Under the pieces are notes generated by a model. The model was not told the DNA's origin and made no database searches. It worked only from the letters and a program-made list of their open reading frames with translations. A stretch of 63,084 bases of DNA, filler included, from Octopus bimaculoides (Eukaryota): NCBI RefSeq assembly GCF_001194135.2. It is 4 parts of 4 records of this genome, joined end to end, with 100 filler letters (N's around TTAATTAATTAA, not from the genome) between each part and the next. Parts side by side here need not be neighbours in the genome. Positions count along the whole stretch, not along the records: positions 20,225 to 44,849 come from NC_068999.1; 3 more parts are not named here. One strand, written 5' to 3'. The position numbers were made by a program, and so were the translations under genes. Below, piece by piece: positions 24,959-37,750 of the stretch; position 1 is the stretch's first letter, and the number at the start of each line of letters is the position of its first letter.

Positions 24959-25373
24959 AACTATTTATTTATTTATTTATTTATTTATTTTGTAACTTTA
25001 CCGTACGTCGGACTTCATCAAAGAAATCTATGATCAAAAGATTTTCAGCCGTGATATATTCGTCATGTTAAAGATATCCATTTCTATATTATCTAATGTC
25101 AGTATGCAGCGATTCAGTAATTATGCTCTGTGTAGCGTATACTTAATGCAAGTTGACTTTCTCATTTTTCAGCTGATGAGGACTAAGAATATTCACACCA
25201 GTTTTCTATGATAAACACTTAAAAAAAAAACGAAATATTGTAATGAAATATAAAGCTTAAATGCTTAAATTCCTGATTTGATTTTCTTTTTATGGTCACC
25301 ATTGTGCATTTCCGATTACCATTTAAACAAGTTCCTTTATGTATCATAAATCATGTTCTCGTATTAAGATTGT

Positions 25374-25404
<31 letters not shown>

Positions 25405-26942
25405 NNNNNNNNNNNNNNNNNNNNNNNNNNNNNNNNNNNNNNNNNNNNNNNNNNNNNNNNNNNNNNNNNNNNNNNNNNNNNNNNNNNNNNNNNNNNNNNN
25501 NNNNNNNNNNNNNNNNNNNNNNNNNNNNNNNNNNNNNNNNNNNNNNNNNNNNNNNNNNNNNNNNNNNNNNNNNNNNNNNNNNNNNNNNNNNNNNNNNNNN
25601 NNNNNNNNNNNNNNNNNNNNNNNNNNNNNNNNNNNNNNNNNNNNNNNNNNNNNNNNNNNNNNNNNNNNNNNNNNNNNNNNNNNNNNNNNNNNNNNNNNNN
25701 NNNNNNNNNNNNNNNNNNNNNNNNNNNNNNNNNNNNNNNNNNNNNNNNNNNNNNNNNNNNNNNNNNNNNNNNNNNNNNNNNNNNNNNNNNNNNNNNNNNN
25801 NNNNNNNNNNNNNNNNNNNNNNNNNNNNNNNNNNNNNNNNNNNNNNNNNNNNNNNNNNNNNNNNNNNNNNNNNNNNNNNNNNNNNNNNNNNNNNNNNNNN
25901 NNNNNNNNNNNNNNNNNNNNNNNNNNNNNNNNNNNNNNNNNNNNNNNNNNNNNNNNNNNNNNNNNNNNNNNNNNNNNNNNNNNNNNNNNNNNNNNNNNNN
26001 NNNNNNNNNNNNNNNNNNNNNNNNNNNNNNNNNNNNNNNNNNNNNNNNNNNNNNNNNNNNNNNNNNNNNNNNNNNNNNNNNNNNNNNNNNNNNNNNNNNN
26101 NNNNNNNNNNNNNNNNNNNNNNNNNNNNNNNNNNNNNNNNNNNNNNNNNNNNNNNNNNNNNNNNNNNNNNNNNNNNNNNNNNNNNNNNNNNNNNNNNNNN
26201 NNNNNNNNNNNNNNNNNNNNNNNNNNNNNNNNNNNNNNNNNNNNNNNNATATATATATATATATATATATATACATACAAGAGACCAAAACTGTACGTAC
26301 ACTGCTATATGTATATATAAGGAAGTAAACAAAAAATGGAACAAGAACGTAACAGGCGACAACAAAACATCTGAACAGTTAGACCCCCCCCCACACACAC
26401 ACACACAAACACACACTATTTAATAAACACAGGATATGTATTTTTCAGCTATTCATAGTTTCATGTGATGAAAACAACTCTGGTGAAGGCACCAGACGCG
26501 TTATGAAATGCTGTCTGAATTGTTTGAAACTGTTAGTAGCTCATAAAAATATATAATGTATTTATTAATTAATATTTATCTCTCACCAAATGGGGTATTT
26601 TTTTTTCTTTTATGTTGATCTTTCTTTCACGGAACTGTACAGTATGATATAATATAATATAAACTGTGGTTTAATAATTGACATGACCCCCATCACTATC
26701 ACAGTTGGATAGAACAGATAAACATGAAACTGATAGATCCATTTATCTGCACTGATGAGTACTTTGATATTTGCAAATTCTAAAATGAATTGATATCTAT
26801 ATACGAAACTATTGTAAGAATGAATAAACTTCTTACCACTTTTTTAACATCTTATCACCTCCATTTTCGACAAATATGATTGAATTCGTAGAACTTCATT
26901 CCATAAATTAATCATACACTATACATACATACATACATATAC

Positions 26943-26979
<37 letters not shown>

Positions 26980-27524
26980 NNNNNNNNNNNNNNNNNNNNN
27001 NNNNNNNNNNNNNNNNNNNNNNNNNNNNNNNNNNNNNNNNNNNNNNNNNNNNNNNNNNNNNNNNNNNNNNNNNNNNNNNNNNNNNNNNNNNNNNNNNNNN
27101 NNNNNNNNNNNNNNNNNNNNNNNNNNNNNNNNNNNNNNNNNNNNNNNNNNNNNNNNNNNNNNNNNNNNNNNNNNNNNNNNNNNNNNNNNNNNNNNNNNNN
27201 NNNNNNNNNNNNNNNNNNNNNNNNNNNNNNNNNNNNNNNNNNNNNNNNNNNNNNNNNNNNNNNNNNNNNNNNNNNNNNNNNNNNNNNNNNNNNNNNNNNN
27301 NNNNNNNNNNNNNNNNNNNNNNNNNNNNNNNNNNNNNNNNNNNNNNNNNNNNNNNNNNNNNNNNNNNNNNNNNNNNNNNNNNNNNNNNNNNNNNNNNNNN
27401 NNNNNNNNNNNNNNNNNNNNNNNNNNNNNNNNNNNNNNNNNNNNNNNNNNNNNNNNNNNNNNNNNNNNNNNNNNNNNNNNNNNNNNNNNNNNNNNNNNNN
27501 NNNNNNNNNNNNNNNNNNNNNNNN

Positions 27525-27559
<35 letters not shown>

Positions 27560-27625
27560 GAGAGAGAGAGAGAGAGAAATAGAGAGAGTGATACACACAC
27601 CCACACACATACACACACACACACG

Positions 27626-27661
<36 letters not shown>

Positions 27662-28005
27662 CACACACATATACATACATATACATACATACATACAATC
27701 TTGTTTTGATAGTATGCAGAATAGTTTATGGAAAAAACATAATTTATCCACCCATACCATATATATAATTTTTAACTTTCATCTTCCCCAAACCATATCG
27801 TTCTAAATTATGTACTTCACCACTGTTTGACGATTTTCTTTCTATGTATTCTTTCATCTATCAATCAATCAATCAATCTCACATTTTTGTTGGCCAATCC
27901 TTGTGTCTCACCTTTCTTTCTTATTAACAAAGTTGTAAACACGTATATATATACACACGCACATACATATATATATATATATGCATACGTACATACACGT
28001 TTACA

Positions 28006-28054
<49 letters not shown>

Positions 28055-28739
28055 ACACAATGTATGTATTTGTGAGTCTATGTAGGTATTAGATCAAATA
28101 GTTTTGTGAGGGTTCGTTGGGTAGGCCAACTCACGCCCCCTCTATGTCTAGGCGTGAAATAGTGATACTATATTTAGCTGTTTTGCTTCGCTAGACATCA
28201 CGTCCTTTCGCTTGTTAATCACGGTTATGTGATAAGAGGGTGGAGCTCTATTTCAACCCACACGCAAAGCCCAATAGCTAATGTATTACTGAATGAACCC
28301 AACCCGATTCAGCTCGAGAGGCCAAACGTGGGCATTCTCCCGCTAGATATAACAGCTAGATTTCTACTACTTTACATCTAACCATTTTCATAGAAAGGAT
28401 TTTACTAACTTACATATTTTGAGGTAAAGTATCGGAGCAATATCATTAGGTCATTATGACTGAGTCAGCCCTCATAAAATATTTGCCGACAAGAAGAAAT
28501 TCGAGAAAAAAACAGACGGAAATGATCAATCATCAAACAAACATATCTATACACATTCTATAAACATACTATGCACACATTTATATGCTATTGGCCTTAG
28601 TTTGGAAGGCAAGGAAAATCTATGAACACATGTTTCTGCCTCATTATATATCATCAGTATAACGTTGTCTATCAAACTTCCAAATCATATATAGATATTT
28701 GACATCCAGGAAAATTAAGACGAATACGATATTCTCTTT

Positions 28740-28890
28740 CTTGGACATTCTGAATTGAGATCCAAAGGTCAGCTTGATTGTACATTATTTCGGGCTCCAT
28801 AAAATAATTACCAGTTGAGCAGAGGTCTCATTGCAATCCGTTAAACTCTCCCTCTAGAATTGCTGGCCGTACCTAAATCTTGGAACACTA
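28740..28890 (+). mobile_element. SINE family A 3' part, old, running into (ATT)n
   Basis: tctgaattgagatcc...ataaaataattaccagttgagc...aattgctggccgtacctaaatcttggaac. Confidence 0.55.
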
Positions 28891-28918
28891 CTTCTATCAT
28901 TATTATTATTATTATTAC

Positions 28919-28949
<31 letters not shown>

Positions 28950-29031
28950 GTTATTATTATTATAATGTTGTTGTTTTTTTCTTTCTTCAAATTTTCTACC
29001 ATTTTCTTTCCATTATTATTATTATTATTAT

Positions 29032-29527
29032 TGAGTGAGAGAGCAGTGCATGCCATCAAAGTGACAATTAGGTAAAATATACGAAGCCCAGTATAGCCAT
29101 CATGACTACCCGTCTGATAAGGATACACCAGGCACATGCATCACAACCATATGTGCGAGACATGGTGATCTCATATCAAGATAAACAGCGCATGACCTCG
29201 CAGGTGAGGCCCAGTTAGTATTTTCTTTAGGTCAAGAAGCCCATCCCGCTCAAAAGGTCCCTGAATAAGGTTTGTTTAAGGATGTTGAGCAAAACACCCA
29301 TATTTACAAAGGTGAATTATTCAAACCCCAAAGAATTCCTCTCAACACATGGCTATGATGCTCCCCCACTACTTCTGCTCGTGATCAGAGATGCACATAT
29401 CGTCAGCCACCAAGGGACATGCTCAACTAGTTAAGGTCAAACAACTGACAACCAAATCTGTTGTATTAAGCAGAATATTTGCTGTAGCCCATCTTTTTAT
29501 ACCGAGACCGAACAATGTACATGATAT
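29032..29527. mobile_element. ~495-bp non-coding interspersed repeat-like element embedded in (ATT)n
   Basis: Complex sequence with sharp boundaries (tgagtgagagagcagtgcatgcc...aacaatgtacatgata) between two (ATT)n tracts; recalled as a common octopus repeat, unverified; only one copy here. Confidence 0.6.
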
Positions 29528-29584
29528 ATTATTATTATTATTATTGTTGTTGTTGTTGATGATTTTGTTGCTGTTGTTATTAAG

Positions 29585-29700
29585 ACAGGGAGCTGGCAGA
29601 ATCGTTAGCACGCCGGACGAAATGCTTAGCGGCATTTCGTCCGTCGCTACGTTCTGAAGTCAAATTCCGTCGGGTTCGGCTTTGCCCTTCATTCATTCGA
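29585..29700 (+). mobile_element. SINE family A, 5' half
   Basis: gagctggcagaatcgttagcacgccggacgaaatgcttagcggcatttcgtccgtcgctacgttctgaagtcaaattccg. Confidence 0.85.
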
Positions 29701-29915
29701 ACAGGCGTAGCCTAAACGTAGTTTTCAGAGAGATTCGGCGTGACACAGAATGGGGAAAGGTTGAGCCATTGAGTTACAGGTACAACTCATTTTTGCAAGC
29801 AGTGGACTGGAGCAACGAGAAAGAAAGTGTCTTTCTCAAGGACTTAATGTTCTGTCAGGGAATCGAACTCTTGACTTTACGATTATAAACCGAATACCCG
29901 AGCCACTAAGCCACG
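29700..29915 (-). mobile_element. tRNA-derived SINE (family E), partial
   Basis: Minus-strand head cgtggcttagtggctcgggtattcgg...gagttcgattccctgac (A/B boxes), then CORE-like ccttgagaaagacacttt; shares cgtgacaca with family C. Confidence 0.65.
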
Positions 29916-29919
29916 TATA

Positions 29920-29973
<54 letters not shown>

Positions 29974-30224
29974 TGCGTGTTTGTGTGTGCGCTTGTAGGG
30001 TGCTGTTTGTGTGAATATGTGCGTATGCCTGCGTATCCACATTCACTGGAAGTCGGTTACTATGGTGAAATTGTGACGAGACATTCCGCTAGCAATGATC
30101 AGATGATATCACTAATCAATCGGCAGGGAGAGCACCGATATTGATAAAGAAATAGTCAGTTGCTACCATTCGTACCTATAATACGACGCCGTCATTCTTT
30201 CTCTCCCCCTGCATCTGTCTGTAC

Positions 30225-30256
<32 letters not shown>

Positions 30257-31704
30257 CTCTCCCTCCCTCTGTCTGTCTGTCTGTTGGTCTTTCTCCATTT
30301 CTGTCACTTTACAGATACACATATCTTAGACAGACTAATACAGATATACATATACGTATATGTGTATTTATACATATACACAGAATGAGAGAGAGAGAGA
30401 GAGAGAAATAGGGAAGGAGGGAGAACGTGAATTAGAGAGATGTAGAGGACAGGAATAACTACAATTTAAGTCACGGCGGTCTTTTCACCTCGTACAATAC
30501 TGACATGGTTCACAAACGCTGCTCTCTTGTTTTCTTTGATTATTTATTTTGTTCAGTTTTTTTGTGATAAGTAACTAGAAGCGCACAACCGTGTCGTTAT
30601 TAATATACACCATTAAGAGTGCAGTGCTGTTCACATGCCCTTTGATATGATCAGCGCCCTTTATTATTTTTTTTATAAAAAAACACATTGTTGATGCCAA
30701 GATATCCCGTAGATGTATTATGGCAGTTAAACTTTGTCCACCTTCGTATCACTTATACATCTTCATTTGTTTCGGGTTGTTGGTTTTTTTTTCACTCTTT
30801 TCATTTCTCAATCGATTACCGTGGAACGTTTTACAGAAGTTTTGAGCTCTCGTACAATTAAATTTCTTTTTTTCTCCCTCTTCACATAATTATATGATGT
30901 TAATAAAGAAGAAAAAGAAGAAAAGCGGGAAAAGAATGTAATAATGCATGACAAAAGTAAATGGAAGATAACTATGAGTGAATATAAGAAAGAATGACAT
31001 CGGGGATTTTGAATTGCAGAAAGAACAGAACAATGAAAAGAAATAAAATAAAAAGAATGTATTGTCGCACCAGATGAAGTGTCGTGTGAGCCTTTTCTTT
31101 TATTTGGTTTTATGATAAATAATTAAAGTCGTCTGCCGAAACCAGATTGAAAACCAATCTTGTCGATGGTAAAATGTACAGGTCATGATATCCTATTGGA
31201 TCATATGGTGATATTTGTGTTCACTAACAAGTTGGAGAATCGAAGTGATGTAGAATAAGTTGCTTTTCTTCCGGAAAAGTACAGATGAAGAAACAGTTTC
31301 AAGTTTCTGACCAAAGAGCTGGATGATAATCTGTAACTAATTATATTTTATTCCAAGGCTTTTCAGATTCTTCTCGGGGCTGTTTTATATTCCAAAAATT
31401 TTCCTTTAAAGCACTTTTTGATAGGGACACATTACGACAGAATGTGGATTCGTTCAATATTTTTCTGTCACATGACAGGCTTGTTAGTCTTTCGCATATG
31501 TTGGATATCGAGATTTTTTTAGGTTGTCGGAGTATGATTGGATGTTTTTTTTATTCATTTAGTTTCTCCTTTCGAAATTAGGTAGAAGTCATTTATAAAG
31601 CTTGCACTTAAGTGCCTTGTTAATAAAACGGACTAAGATGTGCTTAGCATCGCTCCTCTTACGAGAAATAGAAAACAACTAAATTTTGTTCGTGATACAT
31701 ACCT

Positions 31705-32092
31705 GTTGTTGTTCGCACTCCGTCGCTTACGACGTCGAGAGTTCCAGTTGATCCGATCAACGGAACAGCCTGCTCGTGAAATTAACGTGCACGTGGCTGA
31801 GTACTCCACAGACACGTGTACCCTTAACGTAGTTCTCGGGGATATTAAGCGTGACACAGTGTAACAAGGCCGACTCTTTGAATTACAGGCACAACAGAAA
31901 CAGGAAGTAAGAGTGAGAGAAAGTTGCGGTGGAAGAGTACAGCAGGGTTCGCCGCCACCCCCTGGCAGAGCCTCGTGGAGATTTAGGTGTTTTCGCTCAA
32001 TAAACACTCACAACGCCCGGTCTGGGAATCGAAACCGTGATCCTGTGACTGCGAGTCCGCTGCCTTAACTACTGGGCCATTGCGCCTCCACA
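31705..32092 (-). mobile_element. tRNA-derived SINE family C, full-length ~390 bp with (AAC)n tail
   Basis: Minus strand: tgtggaggcgcaatggcccagtagttaaggcagcggactcgcag...ggtttcgattcccagacc...cgacggagtgcgaacaacaac. Confidence 0.85.
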
Positions 32093-32663
32093 CATACCTG
32101 TATATAATCAGCATTAATTCAGAGCGATATAAAACAACAGCAAAAACGCTTTTCAATAAAGATATGAAAGAGTGGGGAAGGCCTAAATGAGTAAAGGAGA
32201 ACAATACTTCATCGGACCCTATTTTATTGACGGTCGGAAAGATGTTCGACCTATATAAACTGATTGAAAATGATTTTGATTATAACGATGACGACAATGA
32301 CTGAGCGGAGACTGCTTTTTGAGGTTCGCACCCGACGACAGACGTTCAAGACATGAAAGTTTTGCCAACTATCGACTCGAAGTTTTGTATTATTTTATTG
32401 AAAGAAAATATTTATCAGCGTTCAGAAGTGAAACGCGACGTTAATGTAACTGTGAGATAATTAAATATTTCAACGTCTTCTATCATTTCTCTCATATTAT
32501 TGTTGTTATTCATACTCCACCACAGACAACAACAACAACCACAAACTAAACATAGAATAATTATAATACTAGTTATAAATCTGTCACAAAACCAGACAAT
32601 TTTGTGTAGTTATACTGCATCAGGTAATTAGTTTATGGAGCCCTGGAGGATAATAATAATAAT

Positions 32664-32714
<51 letters not shown>

Positions 32715-32721
<7 letters not shown>

Positions 32722-32984
32722 CAGAAACAATTCCTATCATAGTAGGTGCCTTAGGTATAATAAAAAAAAATATTCAGACAAATACATAACAAAAACACCA
32801 GGACTTACAAATATATATAACATACAGAAAATTGCACTACTGGGTACTGCACACATTCTACGCAAAACACTTTCAATACAGTAAATATAAAAGCACCACA
32901 GCAAACCACAGCACATACCCAAGGCGCACAGAGCTGCGCTCGGTAGTGAAGTGAAAGCACGATATAAAAATAAAACTACTGAAC
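32715..32984 (+). mobile_element. 5'-truncated R4/Dong-like element, second copy, inside (AAT)n
   Basis: KTETIPIIVGALGIIKK/KYSDKYITKTPGLTNIYNIQKIALLGTAHILRKTLSIQ* (one poly-A frameshift), then ~100-nt 3' UTR and (AAT)n. Confidence 0.85.
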
Positions 32985-33005
32985 AATAATAATAATAATA
33001 ATAAT

Positions 33006-33424
33006 AGGAGTGGCTGTGTGGTAAGTAGTTTGCTTACGAACCACATGGTTCCGGGTTCAGTCCCACTGCGTAGCACATTAGGCAAGTGTCTTTTACTATA
33101 ATAAAGGGCCAACTAAAGCCTTGTGAGTGGATTTGGTAGACGGAAACTGAAAGAAGCCCATCGTATATATGTATAGATATGTGTATGTATGTGTGTGTGT
33201 GTGTGTGTATGTTTGTGTGTCTGTGTTTGTCCCCACAACATCGCTTGACAACCGATGCTGTTGTGTTTATGTGCCTGTAACATAGCGCTTCGGCAAATGA
33301 GAGCAATAGAATAAGTACTAGGCTTACAAAGAATAAGTCCTGGGGTCGATTTACTCGACTAAAGGTGGTGTTCCAGTATGGCCACAGTCAAATGACTGAA
33401 ACAAGTAAAAGAGTAAAAGAGTAA
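33006..33424 (+). mobile_element. SINE family B, near full-length, inserted in (AAT)n
   Basis: ggagtggctgtgtggtaagtagtttgc...ccgggttcagtcccactgcg...ggcaagtgtc...aagtaaaagagtaaaagagta. Confidence 0.92.
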
Positions 33425-34670
33425 TAATAATAATAATGGTTTCTAATTTTGCCAGAAGGACAGCCGTTTTGAGGGAGAGAATATGTCCATTACATCGACC
33501 CCAGTGTTTAAATGGTACTTAAATTATCGACCTCAAAGCACAGGGACTCAACAGTTCGAACGCTGGAAGTTATGCAGGACATTCCTGCAAAGAATGCCTC
33601 GAAGTGCAAGGCTGTTAACAGCAAATTAGCACAGCAGTCTCACTCAAACAAGAGATCATACCAACTGGTGTAGAGAAGTGTCAAATAGAGACAGTAGCAT
33701 TTGACATGTATAAAGCAATTAAAGGCCTGTCTTCGGTCGAACTAACACAATGACACTTGCAAACGAAAGGCTGGGTGCATTTTCGTGCGTTTAAATCTAT
33801 TTCAGTATTTATTCTATGCACGGGTACCTGGACTACTCTTTCGTGCGTCACCCTATACAGCGGTCTTGACGGTAACGCATTTGATCATTCGCTGACGTTG
33901 TGAAATCTTAATTGGCGTGAAAAAGAAATATTATCATTATCACCACCATCATCAGCAACAATATCAACGATTGTTTCCTATTTTTGTACAGACCAAACAG
34001 GTTTCGGTAGGATGAGGTCTAATCGATTATTCAACAGCAATATTGGGCAATTAATTTATTTACTCGAATCTAAGTGGCTGAAAAGTAAAGCTAAATTTAG
34101 TAGGATATGAACACAGAATGTTAAGTACCGTGGAGTCGATTTATCATGTTATTCACCTCTACCCAAAATGTACTACACTGTGACATTTTCAGAAATCATT
34201 CTTGAAAGAAAAACAAAAAGGAAAAAACACGGGACGAGCTTTTAATAATAACTGTGATGATGACGATGATGAAAATAAAACAATCGTACTAGATAAGCAA
34301 TGATATTCTTCTGAGACTTGACAAAGGAGTTTCAGAATAAATATGACAACGTTTGATACAGTATGTAGCCTCCAGTACTGTCTGGGTGGTATAGAGAAAT
34401 ATAAAGCACCAGACAGGTATAGAGTTTGCTTCAGTTTTTTTTTGTCTTTTTTTCGTCAATCATTCGATGGAACTCTCATCGGTAACCTATTTAACCGATA
34501 TTTCTGAATCGGTTGAATAAAAGCTTCTGTGATTGTGTATATGGTTAATCTTTTTTTGATATATTTTATGGATAAAAATCTTTGCTATAGTTATACTTCA
34601 AAATGTATCCTAGTCGGACCGAATCACTGGATATATGTAAATGTACCTACCCCACGAAAAATATATGGGA

Positions 34671-34733
<63 letters not shown>

Positions 34734-35058
34734 TATTGGATGACGTTTAACAATTTCGATCAACTCGTTTATTCTGGGGGAAGAGATATTTGTTGTTTCG
34801 TGACATTCATTTTGTCTGAGAGTGCTTAAGGGGGGGGGGACAAGAAAGACAGAAACAGAAAGAAAAAAAAAGAAACAAGAAGGAAAAGAGAAAGAGATAT
34901 ATAGATCTCTTAAGTCTGAGAAGTTTCTACCACCCCACACAAAAAGTTATCTAAACTTATATATTCGTACTTATATTTTCTTCTTCACGATTACCACTAA
35001 AATTTTCCTCTCCTTCGATGTTGTCTTAGACTGTCAAATGTGCTATATATATATATAT

Positions 35059-35109
<51 letters not shown>

Positions 35110-35375
35110 TACACGTGTGTGTACACGCTGAATCTATGTTAGTTATACATAAGTTAACATTAGTTATGTAGGAAAAATTTCTGAAGGTATTGTAAGATAA
35201 AAAAATACAATAATATACGCATAAATACATAAGTTGTATACACAATCACTAGCAAACTCTCTACAAATCCTAGACATTACATCTCTTCTCCATTTTAAAC
35301 ATATTTTGGAGTTTCTATGGGATACTTTTCCATAAATTCTCATACCACACACACACACGCACACACACACACACT

Positions 35376-35420
<45 letters not shown>

Positions 35421-37208
35421 NNNNNNNNNNCATACTTATGTATATATGTATATCTCTATATATATATTAATATATATGTATATATGTTTATATATGTATA
35501 TATACATACTTATGTATATATGTATATCTCTATATATATATTAATATATAAAGAATAATAATAAATGGAGCAAAACGCATATAATCAATAAGATGCTCTA
35601 ATTCCTACATATGTTTCAAAAATTATATGTACTCTACTCCAAAGAAGTGAGAGGTGCTGGAATATTCAACTCGCTACTTCACCAAAAACAATATCGAAAA
35701 CAACACCGAGTAACTACAGGTGGTGTACCAGCATGACCTCAGACCTGGGCGGCAACCAGTAAAAGATAAAAGATAAAAAGGACTAGCGTCCGAAATTTTG
35801 ATCCTGTTTCTTCCATTTTTGAGTGTCAAAAGTGTCAAAAGTTGCAAAAATTTGTCACCTTTCGTCTGCTCTTTTGATTTTGCTATTGTCCATTTCATTC
35901 GCATTTAATACACACGCATACACTTTTAACTACTTTAGAGTCCTGAAAGCAATGCATGTTTCTGCATGTTTCCTTCAAGGGGATTCGATATTTCAACGAT
36001 AACCTCCATGTATATTTCTTTGTCTACTAGGCTGATATTTTTTAAGACTACATTATCCAGTCTAGTCCTATATTGTTTTCAAGCATGAAAGAGAAGCGGG
36101 AGATTTCTGCGTCATTTCTAGCATACATATATACTACGTAGATGATCACACATTGGGGCAAATGGAACTAATGCGTAAACAGGAATTTAACACCGTCCTG
36201 AATACCAGAATTGAAGTCGGAAGGAAGTCAGGTAGACAATCATACAAGAATGTCTTCCTCCCGTCAAAATCTGATAAACATATAAATAATTAAAAACAAG
36301 TAATGTATAAAATCCTACAAAAAACAATGCGAAAAAACGAACCATTTCCTTTTATGTAACTTTGGAAACAACCAATGATACAATACTGTAACCTAAAAAA
36401 AAAAAGCAAAAAAATGAAGTAAAGAAAGAAAAACGGCAGGAAAAGCAGTTGGCGCTGTTTAGTTATTTAAAAGAGTACCTCGATCATTCCTAACATTCTT
36501 ACAACGAACCTTACATACCAGGTCACACACATAAATTTACATAGTGATACGACGTCGACTTCAGATAAATGTCAATCTGGTTAGAAGTATACGCCAGCAG
36601 ATATACGCGTAAGTTTGTTGATTTTAGTTCATCTGTAACTCTATCAAATTTCTCTCTTTCCCTCTTTCCACGCTAAATTTATCCTCCCTCTCTCTCAGCC
36701 TCCCCACTTCTCTTTTCCTCAGTCTGTTGCTTTCCCCCTATGACATCACCTCTCTTCCTTGCTTATTTTCTTACTTTCTACTTCCGACCTCTCTTTCTAT
36801 CTGTATTTGTCTTAATTTTTATTTCGTATTTATTTTTCTTCTTTCATCTCACAACGTATTTTATTTAATGCGAATACTTACCTTAATACACATACTCTTC
36901 AGTTGTTCTTTTACCACAGTTACAAAACACGCTACGCATACATTATATTATTTTCTCCCTGTTTTATTTCATCACAAATTACTTTACTTCTATTTCAACC
37001 GCTCCATACTTCTCTCCCTAAATATACATACATAGACTCTCTAGAAAGCAAGCAAACGATATATATATCTACACTCTAAAGAATTACATTTTAGGTATGT
37101 CATATATATATATTACACACACACACTTACATCTACACATATATATTATACATATATCTATATATGTTTTGTAAATACATTATACACACATACACACACA
37201 CACACACA

Positions 37209-37258
<50 letters not shown>

Positions 37259-37556
37259 NNNNNNNNNNNNNNNNNNNNNNNNNNNNNNNNNNNNNNNNNN
37301 NNNNNNNNNNNNNNNNNNNNNNNNNNNNNNNNNNNNNNNNNNNNNNNNNNNNNNNNNNNNNNNNNNNNNNNNNNNNNNNNNNNNNNNNNNNNNNNNNNNN
37401 NNNNNNNNNNNNNNNNNNNNNNNNNNNNNNNNNNNNNNNNNNNNNNNNNNNNNNNNNNNNNNNNNNNNNNNNNNNNNNNNNNNNNNNNNNNNNNNNNNNN
37501 NNNNNNNNNNNNNNNNNNNNNNNNNNNNNNNNTATATATATATATATATATATATA

Positions 37557-37750
37557 TGGAGAATCCACAAAAAAACAGCAGACGAAGACAGGTGGTATAG
37601 AAAACAAACAGATGTTTTATTATAACGTTCGGGAATAGAAAAAGTCTTTAACGTTTCGAGCCTACGCTCTTCCACAGAAAGAAACACAAAAAGAAACAAG
37701 GAGTGAAAAAAAATGTGTGTAGTAGTTAGCGATCTATCATGGCGAATGTA
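37557..37750 (-). mobile_element. Repeat family H, copy 2 (hammerhead fold at 37645-37682)
   Basis: Minus strand: tcttt-CTGTGGA-a-gag-cgtagg-ctc-GAAAC-GTT-aaaga; adjacent to (TA)n. Confidence 0.75.

Noticed and set aside
24995-25185. TGATGA-containing motifs (minus ~25020; plus ctgatgag ~25173) as hammerheads
   Set aside because: No GAAAC partner or stem I
35431-35549. ~45-bp tandem duplication of a TA-rich unit
   Set aside because: Abuts a 10-N gap; probably an unmerged contig overlap or low-complexity slippage
36519-36577. AG/GT-bounded 58-nt minus-strand segment
   Set aside because: Stops in all three frames; shows how easily splice-like pairs arise by chance here
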